A DNA stretch of 52,172 nucleotides from Chitinivibrionales bacterium (GCA_038247415.1 JBBRUX010000027.1:1-52172), one strand, 5' to 3'. Counted from the first letter of the stretch, positions 1 through 8,656 are shown. A program made the numbers and translations. Notes: generated by a model not told the origin, from the sequence alone.

Positions 1-149
1 AAATTGGTTTTGTCACTCCCAATCAGCGGCATACCGGGGCAGACATTGAAATTATTGAAAGGAGAAAAAAAGGATTGTCAAATGCAAGAACAAGAAGGCT
101 TGAAAGAAATACACTTGCGGTTCTTGATATGAAAATAGCCTCAGCTTAA
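1..149 (+). mobile_element. C-terminal end of an IS3/IS481-type (rve integrase core) transposase, cut by the window start
   Basis: Frame from nt 3 reads IGFVTPNQRHTGADIEIIERRKKGLSNARTRR...SA*, with TAA at 147-149. This resembles the '(HS)xIGxVTPxxRHxG...RR' tail of these transposases. A probable IS end follows at ~150-166 (TTTACTTGAAAAGCAG). Confidence 0.7.
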
Positions 150-165
150 TTTACTTGAAAAGCAG

Positions 166-330
166 ACTCTATCTAAAAAACGCGCCGGTCTCGGTTTTAA
201 ATTATTGCGAAATGATGCAAAAGACGGCGGTGCGGTAGCCGGACGAACAAGAAAAGCTATTGAAACACAGTCAAAACGAAAAGTCATTACTTCTGAAAAC
301 TATCTTGATAAAACAAAAAGGCAGAAAGAC
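166..330 (+). pseudogene. 3' fragment of a BRO-N/antirepressor-like gene truncated by the upstream IS
   Basis: In frame with ORF 205: TLSKKRAGLGFKLLRNDAKDGGAVAGRTRKAIETQSKRKVITSENYL. This matches the 'GF..AKxGGxVAGxxRKxIE..xxxxENYL' C-terminus of BRO-family proteins. It starts right at the IS end and has no N-terminal domain. Confidence 0.6.
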
Positions 331-369
331 ATGATTGATAAATCTAAGTCAAGCAATATCCCAGAGAAA

Positions 370-555
370 ATGGACAGAAAGAAAGCTGTATTAACTACAT
401 TCGAAAAGCATGATCGACAAGATATATTAGATATGGCTAGGATGCCCTATGAAGAGAAATCACGACTGATTACATTTTTAAGAGAGGCCCAATATGGCGC
501 AAAGGCCACTACCGGAAGACTTTCGAGATTTTATAGAATTGTTAAACTCAAATAA
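370..555 (+). CDS. Small (61 aa) putative antitoxin/partner of the downstream nucleotidyltransferase; alternative start at 331
   Basis: MDRKKAV...ITFLREAQYGAKATTGRLSRFYRIVKLK. It overlaps the NTase start by 62 bp and has a clear paralog at 45228-45425. Confidence 0.65.
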   Translation: MDRKKAVLTTFEKHDRQDILDMARMPYEEKSRLITFLREAQYGAKATTGRLSRFYRIVKLK

Positions 556-997
556 GGTCGAGTACATTTTAATAGGTGGTTGGGCTGTTGGACTCCATGG
601 AAATCCAAGAACGACAAAAGATATTGATTTTTTAGTTGAAAACAGCTCAAGAAATATTAAACGGCTGCAAAAAGCATTATATGAATTTGGAGCACCAGCA
701 GTAGATGAAATTCATTTTAAAATTCCTGGAAATGTATATAGAATGGGAAGGCCCCCTATTCAGATAGATGTTTTATCTCATGCAATCGGAATAGATACAG
801 CAAAAAGTATAAAAAGAGCAGAAATGATAATTCTTGACAATTTAAGCATTAAGGTAATATCCTTTGACGACTTGATAGAAAGCAAAAAGGCTACTGGACG
901 TTTACAAGATTTGGCTGATGTAGAAAAACTCGTCAAAATTCAAAACGCCAAGAAGGCTAAAAGAACCAAAATCAATAAAAAGGCAGCGCGGGATTAG
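494..997 (+). CDS. Pol-beta superfamily nucleotidyltransferase (DUF6036/MenT1-like), putative toxin
   Basis: Motif YILIGGWAVGLHGNPRTTKDIDF (GG...RxTxDxD) and C-terminal SKKATGRLQDLADV (KxxxGRxxD). Confidence 0.8.
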   Translation: MAQRPLPEDFRDFIELLNSNKVEYILIGGWAVGLHGNPRTTKDIDFLVENSSRNIKRLQKALYEFGAPAVDEIHFKIPGNVYRMGRPPIQIDVLSHAIGIDTAKSIKRAEMIILDNLSIKVISFDDLIESKKATGRLQDLADVEKLVKIQNAKKAKRTKINKKAARD

Positions 998-1020
998 GAG
1001 AAGACGGGCCGAGTACAGAC

Positions 1021-1113
1021 AAACAACAGCGCCAGGACGCCCTACCAGCAGTAAAGCTTAGAAGACTTCGCATTACTGCTGGTAGGGCGCGCGAGTGGGG
1101 CGAAACGTTGTAA
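1021..1113 (+). other. attC-like integron cassette recombination site
   Basis: ACAAC (1023-1027) pairs with GTTGT (1107-1111), and CGCC (1030-1033) with GGCG (1099-1102). There is a perfect 17-bp inner inverted repeat at 1038-1054/1073-1089. It lies just after a stop codon and has no U-tract. Confidence 0.6.
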
Positions 1114-1193
1114 GCAATTGCTGGCAGTGCAAAAACAGGAGCCGACGCAAAACAAGAAAATCTGCACGTCCTGTGCAGCAAGAAAGGAAGAAG

Positions 1194-1484
1194 ATGAAGC
1201 TGAAAAGCATGTTTTTACTGTTAATAGTTATGGGCCAAGAGATCGTGTTTACGGATATTTTGATCAATATACAGGTTTTTTTGAAGATTTGATTGACAAT
1301 AACACAGCGTATGCTGCTAGAGCGTATTTGGGAACTGGCCGTGATAACGTTCAAGGATATTCGATAAAGCAAATTGAAACCTGCTTAATATTGTTCCGGT
1401 TGGTGACACAATACAATATTGGAATTATACCTTCGGAGATGCTGTTACTGGTCCTTTTGGCACTCCTGCTGAATCAATAACCGT
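1194..1484 (+). pseudogene. Decayed secreted-protein gene (probable next cassette), frameshifted and truncated by an IS fragment
   Basis: RBS-like GAAAGGAAG then MKLKSMFLLLIVMG (signal-like). Plausible coding continues in two other frames (FDQYTGFFEDLIDNNTAY..., NIVPVGDTIQYWNYTFGDAVTGPFG) and ends where the transposase fragment begins. Confidence 0.45.
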
Positions 1485-1922
1485 CATTCAGATGGTGGTG
1501 GAGAATACTGTAACAAAGCGTTTTTACAAGTACTCGTAGGCGCACATGTTAAATCAAGCTGTACCGCACCATCGAGTCCGGAAGAAAACCCTGTAGCGGA
1601 GAGAATCAACGGAATACTAAAAAATGAAGTGTTATTAACGGAGAATAATCGCACATTTGAGGCAGTTTTAAAAAACTTACCTGAAGCAGTGAAAATTTAT
1701 AACGATGAACGTCCCCACAGCAGCATCGACTTTATGACACCCGTCGAAGCCCATCACTGCAGTGGTCAAATAAAAAAACGATGGAAGACATATCGCAAAC
1801 ACCCAAAGCCAGAAGAAAATACGATATCGGATGGAAAAAGGATACTACAGGAAATGAACTCATGGACATGAGAAAGATTTAAACTTTAAAACAAAAACTG
1901 TAAACATTTTTCAGGACTTGAC
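1485..1922 (+). mobile_element. 3' remnant of an IS3-family element (transposase fragment 1485-1871 plus right inverted repeat)
   Basis: Frame reads HSDGGGEYCNKAF...SPEENPVAERINGILKNE...YNDERPHSSIDFMTP, containing the second D and the E of the DDE triad. IS3-type terminus TGTAAACATTTTTCAGGACTTGAC at 1899-1922. The left part of the element is missing. Confidence 0.85.
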
Positions 1923-2131
1923 CGCGGTTATAAAAAGAGCCCGCATTGTCTCACGTATTCAGAACGAGCATCATCAACCGCTCCCCGAAATAGTGTATTT
2001 TATAATTGAAAGCAGAACATATCCTGCACAGATTATTTCTAAATCCGACACACGCATTATACGTAAAACACGTTACTATCATAAAGCTTAAAAGAACTAC
2101 TTTCTCTCGCACAATAAATCAGGAGATTCCT

Positions 2132-2509
2132 ATGGCTCTCGTTGGCACAACACAGTGGATTCTTATTGCTTTTGTGGGTCTTACTGGCGGAGTTCTCGGC
2201 GGCGCTCTCGGTATTGGCGGCGGGGTGTTTCTTGTTCCTGCGCTTGTGTATCTCCTGGCTGCCCCTCAAAAAACAGCACAGGGTATGGCACTTTTGATTA
2301 TGGTCCCCATGGCATTGACATCAGGAATTAGGTATCTTAACAATCCCGACATTGGCATTAATTATAAAGTGCTACTTCTCTTGATTATCATGGCAATAAT
2401 TGGCGCGCTCATTGGAACAAATATTGCCTTTGCACTGCCTGGAGCAGTGCTACGCAAGGCATTTGCAGTGCTTATTATTGGTGTTGGTATTCTCATGCTT
2501 TGGAAATAG
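2132..2509 (+). CDS. Sulfite exporter TauE/SafE (TSUP) family, half-size 4-TM protein
   Basis: AGGAG RBS before ATG 2132; GGxLGIGGGVFLVP motif, AQG motif, hydrophobic helices. Confidence 0.85.
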   Translation: MALVGTTQWILIAFVGLTGGVLGGALGIGGGVFLVPALVYLLAAPQKTAQGMALLIMVPMALTSGIRYLNNPDIGINYKVLLLLIIMAIIGALIGTNIAFALPGAVLRKAFAVLIIGVGILMLWK

Positions 2510-2600
2510 CCAAAGGCATTATTTCCCCATCAAAGCAGCTTTACGAAGTGCTCCGTTGCGCTTATCAGATGCTATATAAATTCCCTTAAAGGTATGTGCA
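2507..2600. repeat. 94-bp direct repeat, copy 1
   Basis: Matches 3308-3401 (offset 801) except at 2562, 2585, 2593 and 2597. Confidence 0.95.
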
Positions 2601-2639
2601 GGATTTGTAGCTTCTCTACTTGCAGCATTTTGATGAGTG

Positions 2640-2704
2640 CCACAAGAAAATTTTCTGCATTGTGGATTTTAGCGCTTCTGCCTGGGAAAAATGATATTTT
2701 ATCA
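2640..2704 (+). promoter_or_regulatory. Putative promoter/operator of the DUF4160-DUF2442 module
   Basis: Palindromes AGAAAATTTTCT (2645-2656), CCACAA/TTGTGG (2640-2645/2660-2665) and TGATA-ttt-TATCA (2692-2704). The last overlaps an extended -10-like TGnTATTTT. Confidence 0.4.
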
Positions 2705-2725
2705 ATGTTTCAACCAGGAGGAAGA

Positions 2726-2995
2726 ATGCCTGCTATTTCAATGTTCTATGGAATAATTATTCAACTGCTATTCTACGACAACAAAGAGCATAAGCACCCT
2801 CATGTTCATGCACGCTACGGTGAATACATGGCATCCTTCGAAATATCTACGGCAGATATTATTGCTGGCTCAATTCCTCCTAAACAGGCTCGGCTAGTCC
2901 AAGCCTGGATCGAAATCCATCGAGATGAGCTCAATGCCGATTGGCAGCTTGCTGTTGAAGGCAAGGAAGTCTTTAAAATCGACCCTCTAAAGTAA
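2726..2995 (+). CDS. DUF4160 family protein (putative toxin, DhiT-like)
   Basis: AGGAGG RBS; MPAISMFYGIII...EHKHPHVHARYGE...WIEIHRDEL..W...FKIDPLK is the typical DUF4160 pattern. Confidence 0.85.
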   Translation: MPAISMFYGIIIQLLFYDNKEHKHPHVHARYGEYMASFEISTADIIAGSIPPKQARLVQAWIEIHRDELNADWQLAVEGKEVFKIDPLK

Positions 2996-3002
2996 GGCTT
3001 AT

Positions 3003-3290
3003 ATGTATTCCGATGTTTCGGCCTTTGCGCCACTCCCTAATGGATTTCTTTACGTTGAATTGGATAATGGAGATCGTGGTGTTTTTGACATGAAGCCGTA
3101 TATGATGTCTGATTTCTTCTCGGAACTTAAACAAGAGGGGTACTTCAATCGGGCATTCATAGAGTATGGAGTAATCTCGTGGCCGAATGGACAAGACATT
3201 TCGCCGTCAACAGTGCGTCTGGAAATGGTGCATCAAGTCGTTCCTGTTTCATTGGCGCTCAGGAGAGCAAAACCGCACGAATTGGTATGA
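3003..3290 (+). CDS. DUF2442 family protein (putative antitoxin, DhiA-like)
   Basis: LYVELDNGDRGVFD...F..L....YF...ISWPNGQDISP motif; 7 bp downstream of the DUF4160 gene. Confidence 0.85.
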   Translation: MYSDVSAFAPLPNGFLYVELDNGDRGVFDMKPYMMSDFFSELKQEGYFNRAFIEYGVISWPNGQDISPSTVRLEMVHQVVPVSLALRRAKPHELV

Positions 3291-3307
3291 GGCATACTGC
3301 CCCAATC

Positions 3308-3401
3308 TAGCCAAAGGCATTATTTCCCCATCAAAGCAGCTTTACGAAGTGCTCCGTTGCGCGTATCAGATGCTATATAAATTCCTTTAAAGGCATGCGC
3401 A
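3308..3401. repeat. 94-bp direct repeat, copy 2
   Basis: 90/94 identical to 2507-2600; covers the 3' end of the minus-strand ORF 3320-3571. Confidence 0.95.
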
Positions 3402-3571
3402 TCATGCAAAGAGAATATTTTGCATCCTCTAAGGTCATAGATGTTTGCAGAAAGGTTGAGCAATTGCACAGCATAGCTCACACTTTTAGTACCCCGAGAT
3501 TCCTGATAGGTAATGGTTGCGCTTAAGCCTGCGGTTATTATCCCAAAGAAGAATAGTGAAATAAAGCGCAT
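3320..3571 (-). CDS. Short secreted protein: signal peptide plus a C-terminal sorting-like tail (possibly an internally deleted gene)
   Basis: MRFISLFFFGIITAGLSA signal peptide, then IYDLRG...KGIYI motif; 83 aa. Confidence 0.5.
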   Translation of the reverse strand: MRFISLFFFGIITAGLSATITYQESRGTKSVSYAVQLLNLSANIYDLRGCKIFSLHDAHAFKGIYIASDTRNGALRKAALMGK

Positions 3572-3710
3572 GAAAGTACCTTTGAGATTAGGGTAACATT
3601 TAGATACGAATTGAAGACAGAATTTACTATCGCCACACATATCCTGAGCGCAACATATTTTATACGCTCAACTTTTTTATAGTATTGACAATCAACAGCC
3701 AGGATTCTTC

Positions 3711-6416
3711 ATGGAAAACACTGCCGTTTTTGGACCAGAAGCATTCGACCTCACGAGTGAATACCTGCACAATCCTCTTGGAATTGCAGCATCGCGCCCC
3801 CGGTTTTCTTGGAAAGGTCGTCATCCTAAGAGTAATCAGATGCAGAGCGCATACCGACTCATTGTTGCCACGAGCAAGGAAATCCTTGATCGCGATACAG
3901 GAGATATCTGGGACACTGGCAAAATTAGCATACCAAAATCAATACATATCGAATATAATGGCACCCCGTTGCAAGAAACTTCCCGCTATTTCTGGAAAGT
4001 CATGATTTGGGATGCCGATAACAAAGCCAGTGCTTTTTCTGAGCTGGCCTGGTTTGAAATTGCCTTTTTTGATTCGACGCATATTAAAGGATCATGGCTC
4101 ATGACACCTACTCCTGTTCGGGGATTATCGCCACTTTTTCGCAAACAGCTTTCAATTCCTTTTTCGATTGCTTCGGCTCGTGCCTATATCTGTGGCTTGG
4201 GATATTACGAACTCTCTATCAATGGCACCAAAGTTTCCGATCATGTGCTTGATCCCGGCTGGACCGACTACAACAAGCGAGTGCTGTATGTCTCCCACGA
4301 TATTACACCGCATGTAAGGAATGGCGAAAACGGGCTTGGGATTATGCTTGGTGAAGGATGGCATGGCAACGAACAAACAATAAAGGCTTTTCCTCAAAAA
4401 GTTCCCGATTGGCTAGGGTTTCCCCGTTTTCTCATTGATCTTCGCATAACGGGCACCAAGGGAGAATCGCTCTTAGTATCGAGTCAAGCCGATGGAACTT
4501 GGAAAACAGCAACAGGGGCAATAGTCAACAATGGCGTTTTTTGTGGCGAAACATACGATGCCCAGCTAGAAAAATCAGGATGGGATACTGCCACCTATAC
4601 ACCCGATGCTACATGGACTGATGCAGTAGCTGCAAAAGCACCGCTCGGAATTCTTACTGCGCAAACCCTCGAACCCATTCGAATTGTTGGTACAATGTCA
4701 CCCAAAAGCATAACCTCGCCTCGCGATGGGGTCTATGTATTTGACAATGGGCAAAACTTGGCTGGTTGGGCTCAGTTGCGTGTGCGCGGGCCTAAAGGGC
4801 AAACTATCGAAATGCGGTTTTCTGAGATATTACATGATGATGGAACTATAGATCAGGGAAATTACCGTACCGCGCAAGGATGTGATATATACACCTGTAA
4901 AGGTGACGGATTAGAAACCTATGAGCCTCGGTTTACCTACCATGGATTTCGGTATATCCAGATAACAGGATTTCCCGGAGTTCCTACCCTCGATTCTCTT
5001 TTTGTTCGTCAAGTACGAAGCGATGTAGCCAAAACAGGCAGATTTGTTTGCTCAGACGCCCTCTTAAATAGAATACAAGACTGCGTCATCTGGACAGAAG
5101 AGAGCAACATGCACAGTGTTCCCACCGACTGCCCGCAACGGGACGAGCGCATGGGATGGCTTAACGATGCGACCGTTCGCGTGGAAGAAGCGCTTTATAA
5201 TTTTAATACCGCACAGCTTCTTACAAAGTGGGAACAGGATATTGCCGATACGCAAAATCCACAAACAGGAGAAATTCGCGACACTGCCCCGTATGTTTTT
5301 ACGTGTCTTCCCGGAGAGCCTGTCAATTGTTCCTTTCTGCTTATTCCTTGGAACTTGTATGTCCATTATGGTGACAAACGCATTTTAGCCGACCATTATG
5401 ACCACATGAAAGCCTGGACTGCTTTTATAGGATCTAACGCCGAAGACTACATTGTAAACTATAGCAACTATGGCGATTGGGCTCCTCCGCAAAAGTTTGT
5501 AGACCCAGCTTCCATTGCGCGCTCCATTCATACACCCGGCGCTCTTATGTCAACAGGCTACTACTATTACAATACCCTTCTGCTTGCCCAAATTGCTCTC
5601 ATACTCGAAAAAACAGAAGAAGCTGCAGGTTTTGTAAAATCCGCAAAAGCAATTGCTGCTGCTTTCGAAAAGAAATTTTTTAATGCAAAAACTCAAGACT
5701 TTGCAACAAGTAGCCAGGCATCTAATACCTTTCCACTCTATTTAGGACTCGCGCCACAAAACCTGCATACATCTCTTGCAGAAAAAATTGCTGCCGACAT
5801 TGCACTGCATGAGACTCACGTAACAACGGGCAATTTATGTTCGCGATACATTCTGGAAGTTCTTTCTTCTTGTGGTAAAGTAGATACCGCTTTTGATGTT
5901 GCCACCCAAACGACCTACCCAAGCTGGGGATATATGATTGCACAGGGAGCAACTACCATTTGGGAACGATGGGAGAATGCAACCGGCGGAGGGATGAATT
6001 CGCATAACCATCCGATGTACGGCTCCATTAGTCTTTGGTTCATGAAATATCTTGCAGGTATTTCTCCCGACCCAGCGCAACCAGGATATCAGCATGTTTT
6101 CATCAAACCCTCTATTCCCACTGGCTTAACCTATGCAGATGGCGTTATAGAAACCATACATGGCATGGTACAAAGTAAATGGCACAAAACGACATCGGGC
6201 ATCACGATGATTGTTACAATACCTTTTAACACCTGTGGAACGATGTGTGTGCCTTATAATAAAACCACGCATACTGTGGTTATTGCAGGTGCCATAATTT
6301 ACAAAGAGGGTGCACTCAGAGCACAGAGTGGTTTTGATACCGCACTCATGCCCGATGGATATATTGCCATTAAGATTGGTAGTGGCACCACTGCATGTAC
6401 TATAACGAATGCATAA
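3711..6416 (+). CDS. Alpha-L-rhamnosidase, glycoside hydrolase family 78
   Basis: YEPRFTYHGFRY, PTDCPQRDERMGW, GATTIWERW and MNSHNHPM motifs; no signal peptide. Confidence 0.92.
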   Translation: MENTAVFGPEAFDLTSEYLHNPLGIAASRPRFSWKGRHPKSNQMQSAYRLIVATSKEILDRDTGDIWDTGKISIPKSIHIEYNGTPLQETSRYFWKVMIWDADNKASAFSELAWFEIAFFDSTHIKGSWLMTPTPVRGLSPLFRKQLSIPFSIASARAYICGLGYYELSINGTKVSDHVLDPGWTDYNKRVLYVSHDITPHVRNGENGLGIMLGEGWHGNEQTIKAFPQKVPDWLGFPRFLIDLRITGTKGESLLVSSQADGTWKTATGAIVNNGVFCGETYDAQLEKSGWDTATYTPDATWTDAVAAKAPLGILTAQTLEPIRIVGTMSPKSITSPRDGVYVFDNGQNLAGWAQLRVRGPKGQTIEMRFSEILHDDGTIDQGNYRTAQGCDIYTCKGDGLETYEPRFTYHGFRYIQITGFPGVPTLDSLFVRQVRSDVAKTGRFVCSDALLNRIQDCVIWTEESNMHSVPTDCPQRDERMGWLNDATVRVEEALYNFNTAQLLTKWEQDIADTQNPQTGEIRDTAPYVFTCLPGEPVNCSFLLIPWNLYVHYGDKRILADHYDHMKAWTAFIGSNAEDYIVNYSNYGDWAPPQKFVDPASIARSIHTPGALMSTGYYYYNTLLLAQIALILEKTEEAAGFVKSAKAIAAAFEKKFFNAKTQDFATSSQASNTFPLYLGLAPQNLHTSLAEKIAADIALHETHVTTGNLCSRYILEVLSSCGKVDTAFDVATQTTYPSWGYMIAQGATTIWERWENATGGGMNSHNHPMYGSISLWFMKYLAGISPDPAQPGYQHVFIKPSIPTGLTYADGVIETIHGMVQSKWHKTTSGITMIVTIPFNTCGTMCVPYNKTTHTVVIAGAIIYKEGALRAQSGFDTALMPDGYIAIKIGSGTTACTITNA

Positions 6417-6460
6417 TGACTTTTTTTATATTCACCACTTTTTAACGGAAAGAGCACTGT

Positions 6461-8593
6461 ATGTCACAAACAAAAGATGTATCAGGCAATATTCATCGGA
6501 TTTTTTACCCAAAGTCAGTTGCAGTGGTAGGCGCAAACAACATGGTTGGAACGGTGCCCTGTGATATATTCCTTAATATTATCAAAGGCACGTTTACTGG
6601 TTCTGCTTATCCTGTAAGTCCACGCGATACCGTTGTCTGTGATGTAAAGGCATATAAATATGTGACCGACATCGAAGGTCCTGTTGATCTTGCCATTATT
6701 GTATTTGCAAGCGCGGTTGCGAGCATGGCTGTTGAGCAATGTGGGCAAAAAGGTGTTAAGTCGATGATTATCATTTCTGCTGGCTTTAAAGAGGTTGGCG
6801 AAAAAGGTCGCGAAAAGGAAAATGAATTGCTTGCTATTGCCGATAAGCATGGCATCTCTTTTATTGGACCAAATTGTCTTGGCGTAATCAATACCGATCC
6901 AACGTCAATGCTTAACGCCTCCTTTGCACGCGCAATGCCCTGCGAAGGAAACATTGCCTTTTTGTCGCAAAGTGGTGCACTCTGCACTGCAGTACTGGAT
7001 TTTGCCCACGCTCGACACATCGGCTTTTCTAAGTTTGTATCTTTTGGTAACAAGGCAGATATTTCCGAAATCGATTTGCTCCGGTACCTCAAAGATGACC
7101 CTAAAACTAAAGTTATTCTCTTGTATCTCGAAGAAATTCGCGATGGTATCGCCCTTATGAATATTTGTAAAGAGATCTGGCAAGATGCCAAAAAGCCTGT
7201 TCTCCTTATGAAATCTGGCCGAACATCTCAGGGAGCTTCTGCTGCGTCGTCTCATACAGGTTCTTTAGCAGGCTCCGATTCAGTATGCGATGCTGCATTT
7301 AAACAGGCGGGTATCATTCGGTGCAAAACCATCGAAGAGATGTTTAATAAAGCAATTGCTTTTGCCTATATGCCTCTGCCGCTAGGACCCAGAGCTGCAA
7401 TTATTACCAATGCCGGTGGCCCTGGCGTTCTTGCAACCGACGCCGCAATCGAATCAGGTTTGTCATTGGCATCTTTCTCCGAAGAAACCACAGCACTCTT
7501 TAAAAAGAAATTGCCTGTTACCGCAAACATTAAAAATCCTGTTGATATTATTGGCGATGCCCACTCCGATCGGTATTCTATTGCTATCAACGCACTCTTA
7601 GACGAAAAAGATGTGGATGGCGTTCTGGTTATTCTCACTCCGCAATCTATGACCGACATCGAAGCCATTGCAGAAGAAATTGTCAAGGCAGCAGCCCTCA
7701 ATAAAAAGCCTGTGTATGCCTCATTCATGGGTGAATTTGATGTTGCAAAGGGTGTGGATATTCTCCGCAAAGCAAACATCCCTCATTATGGCCTTCCCGA
7801 GGCCATGTGCGAAGCCTTTGGTGCAACCTACGCATTTGCCAAGCAAATTATCGACACAGACACCACACAAGCAGTAAGATTTACAAATATCAATAAGGCG
7901 GCGGCGGCGGCAGTTTTTGATAAGGCCATAGCGATAGGACAAACAAACCTTCCCCAAACCGAAGCACTTAAGATCCTTCAGGCTTACGGAATTCCTACAC
8001 CTGCCCAACAGCAAGGTTCCAACAAGGAAGAAGTTTTGGCAATTTCTGCCAAAATCGGTTTCCCGGTTGTATTTAAAATTGCATCCGAAGATATCATTCA
8101 TAAATCTGATGCTGGTGGTGTGCTGGTAAATATCAAGAATGAAACAGAAGCCGACGCAGCCTACGATACCATCATGAAAAACATCAATTCCAATTGCCCC
8201 ACTGCGCGCATCGATGGCATACTTGTTGTCGAAATGGTAACCGGTGGTCAGGAAGTTATCCTTGGCGTATCAAAAGATCCAAGCTTTGGTGGGGTGGTTA
8301 TGTTTGGTTTAGGTGGTATCTTTGTAGAAGTATTGCACGATGTCAGCTTTGCAATACCGCCTCTTACATCGTACCAAATTGGGAAAACGATCAAGTCTAT
8401 TAAATCATTCCCCATTCTTTCAGGCGTACGCGGGCAAAAAAGTCGGGATATAGCTGCCATTAACGAATGCATTGGCCGCTTGTCGCAACTCGCACTGGAT
8501 TTCCCTCAAATTCAGGGGATGGATATTAATCCGCTTATGGTCAAGTTTGACGGTGAAGGTGCGTGTGCTGTTGACGTGAGAATATTGCTGTAA
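6461..8593 (+). CDS. ADP-forming acetate/acyl-CoA ligase (fused alpha-beta subunits)
   Basis: CoA-binding N-terminus, GPNCLG, SQSGA, SHTGSLAG (phospho-His), TNAGGPG, NPVDIIGDA, and ATP-grasp HKSDAGGV; no GNAT domain. Confidence 0.92.
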   Translation: MSQTKDVSGNIHRIFYPKSVAVVGANNMVGTVPCDIFLNIIKGTFTGSAYPVSPRDTVVCDVKAYKYVTDIEGPVDLAIIVFASAVASMAVEQCGQKGVKSMIIISAGFKEVGEKGREKENELLAIADKHGISFIGPNCLGVINTDPTSMLNASFARAMPCEGNIAFLSQSGALCTAVLDFAHARHIGFSKFVSFGNKADISEIDLLRYLKDDPKTKVILLYLEEIRDGIALMNICKEIWQDAKKPVLLMKSGRTSQGASAASSHTGSLAGSDSVCDAAFKQAGIIRCKTIEEMFNKAIAFAYMPLPLGPRAAIITNAGGPGVLATDAAIESGLSLASFSEETTALFKKKLPVTANIKNPVDIIGDAHSDRYSIAINALLDEKDVDGVLVILTPQSMTDIEAIAEEIVKAAALNKKPVYASFMGEFDVAKGVDILRKANIPHYGLPEAMCEAFGATYAFAKQIIDTDTTQAVRFTNINKAAAAAVFDKAIAIGQTNLPQTEALKILQAYGIPTPAQQQGSNKEEVLAISAKIGFPVVFKIASEDIIHKSDAGGVLVNIKNETEADAAYDTIMKNINSNCPTARIDGILVVEMVTGGQEVILGVSKDPSFGGVVMFGLGGIFVEVLHDVSFAIPPLTSYQIGKTIKSIKSFPILSGVRGQKSRDIAAINECIGRLSQLALDFPQIQGMDINPLMVKFDGEGACAVDVRILL

Positions 8594-8629
8594 ACGAGAT
8601 CATAGTAGATATTTTTTTTATTGCATGAG

Positions 8630-8656
8630 AAGGAAAGGCTATTTAAGCCTTTCCTT
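8630..8656. terminator. Hairpin between convergent genes (likely bidirectional terminator)
   Basis: AAGGAAAGGCT-attta-AGCCTTTCCTT, perfect 11-bp stem. Confidence 0.7.

Noticed and set aside
1118..1480. 120-aa ORF as an intact gene
   Set aside because: It has a TTG start right at the attC-like end with no RBS. It is better explained as one frame of the frameshifted gene starting at 1194.
2006..2131. Long N-terminal extensions in the ORF track (also at 2594, 17842, 18964, 24010, 42936 and 51975)
   Set aside because: Downstream ATGs fit RBS positions or family N-termini better, and several extensions overlap neighbouring genes or repeats.
2507..3401. The 94-bp repeat pair as a diversity-generating retroelement TR/VR (3 of 4 mismatches are at minus-strand adenines of copy 1, and copy 2 is a gene 3' end)
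   Set aside because: There are only four mismatches and one is not at an A. The repeat is not AAC-rich, and no reverse transcriptase or accessory gene is in the window. A genome-wide RT search could reopen this.
6515..8472. Numerous antisense and alternate-frame ORFs inside long genes (here and across the window)
   Set aside because: They are shadows of well-supported CDSs, with no motifs or RBS support.
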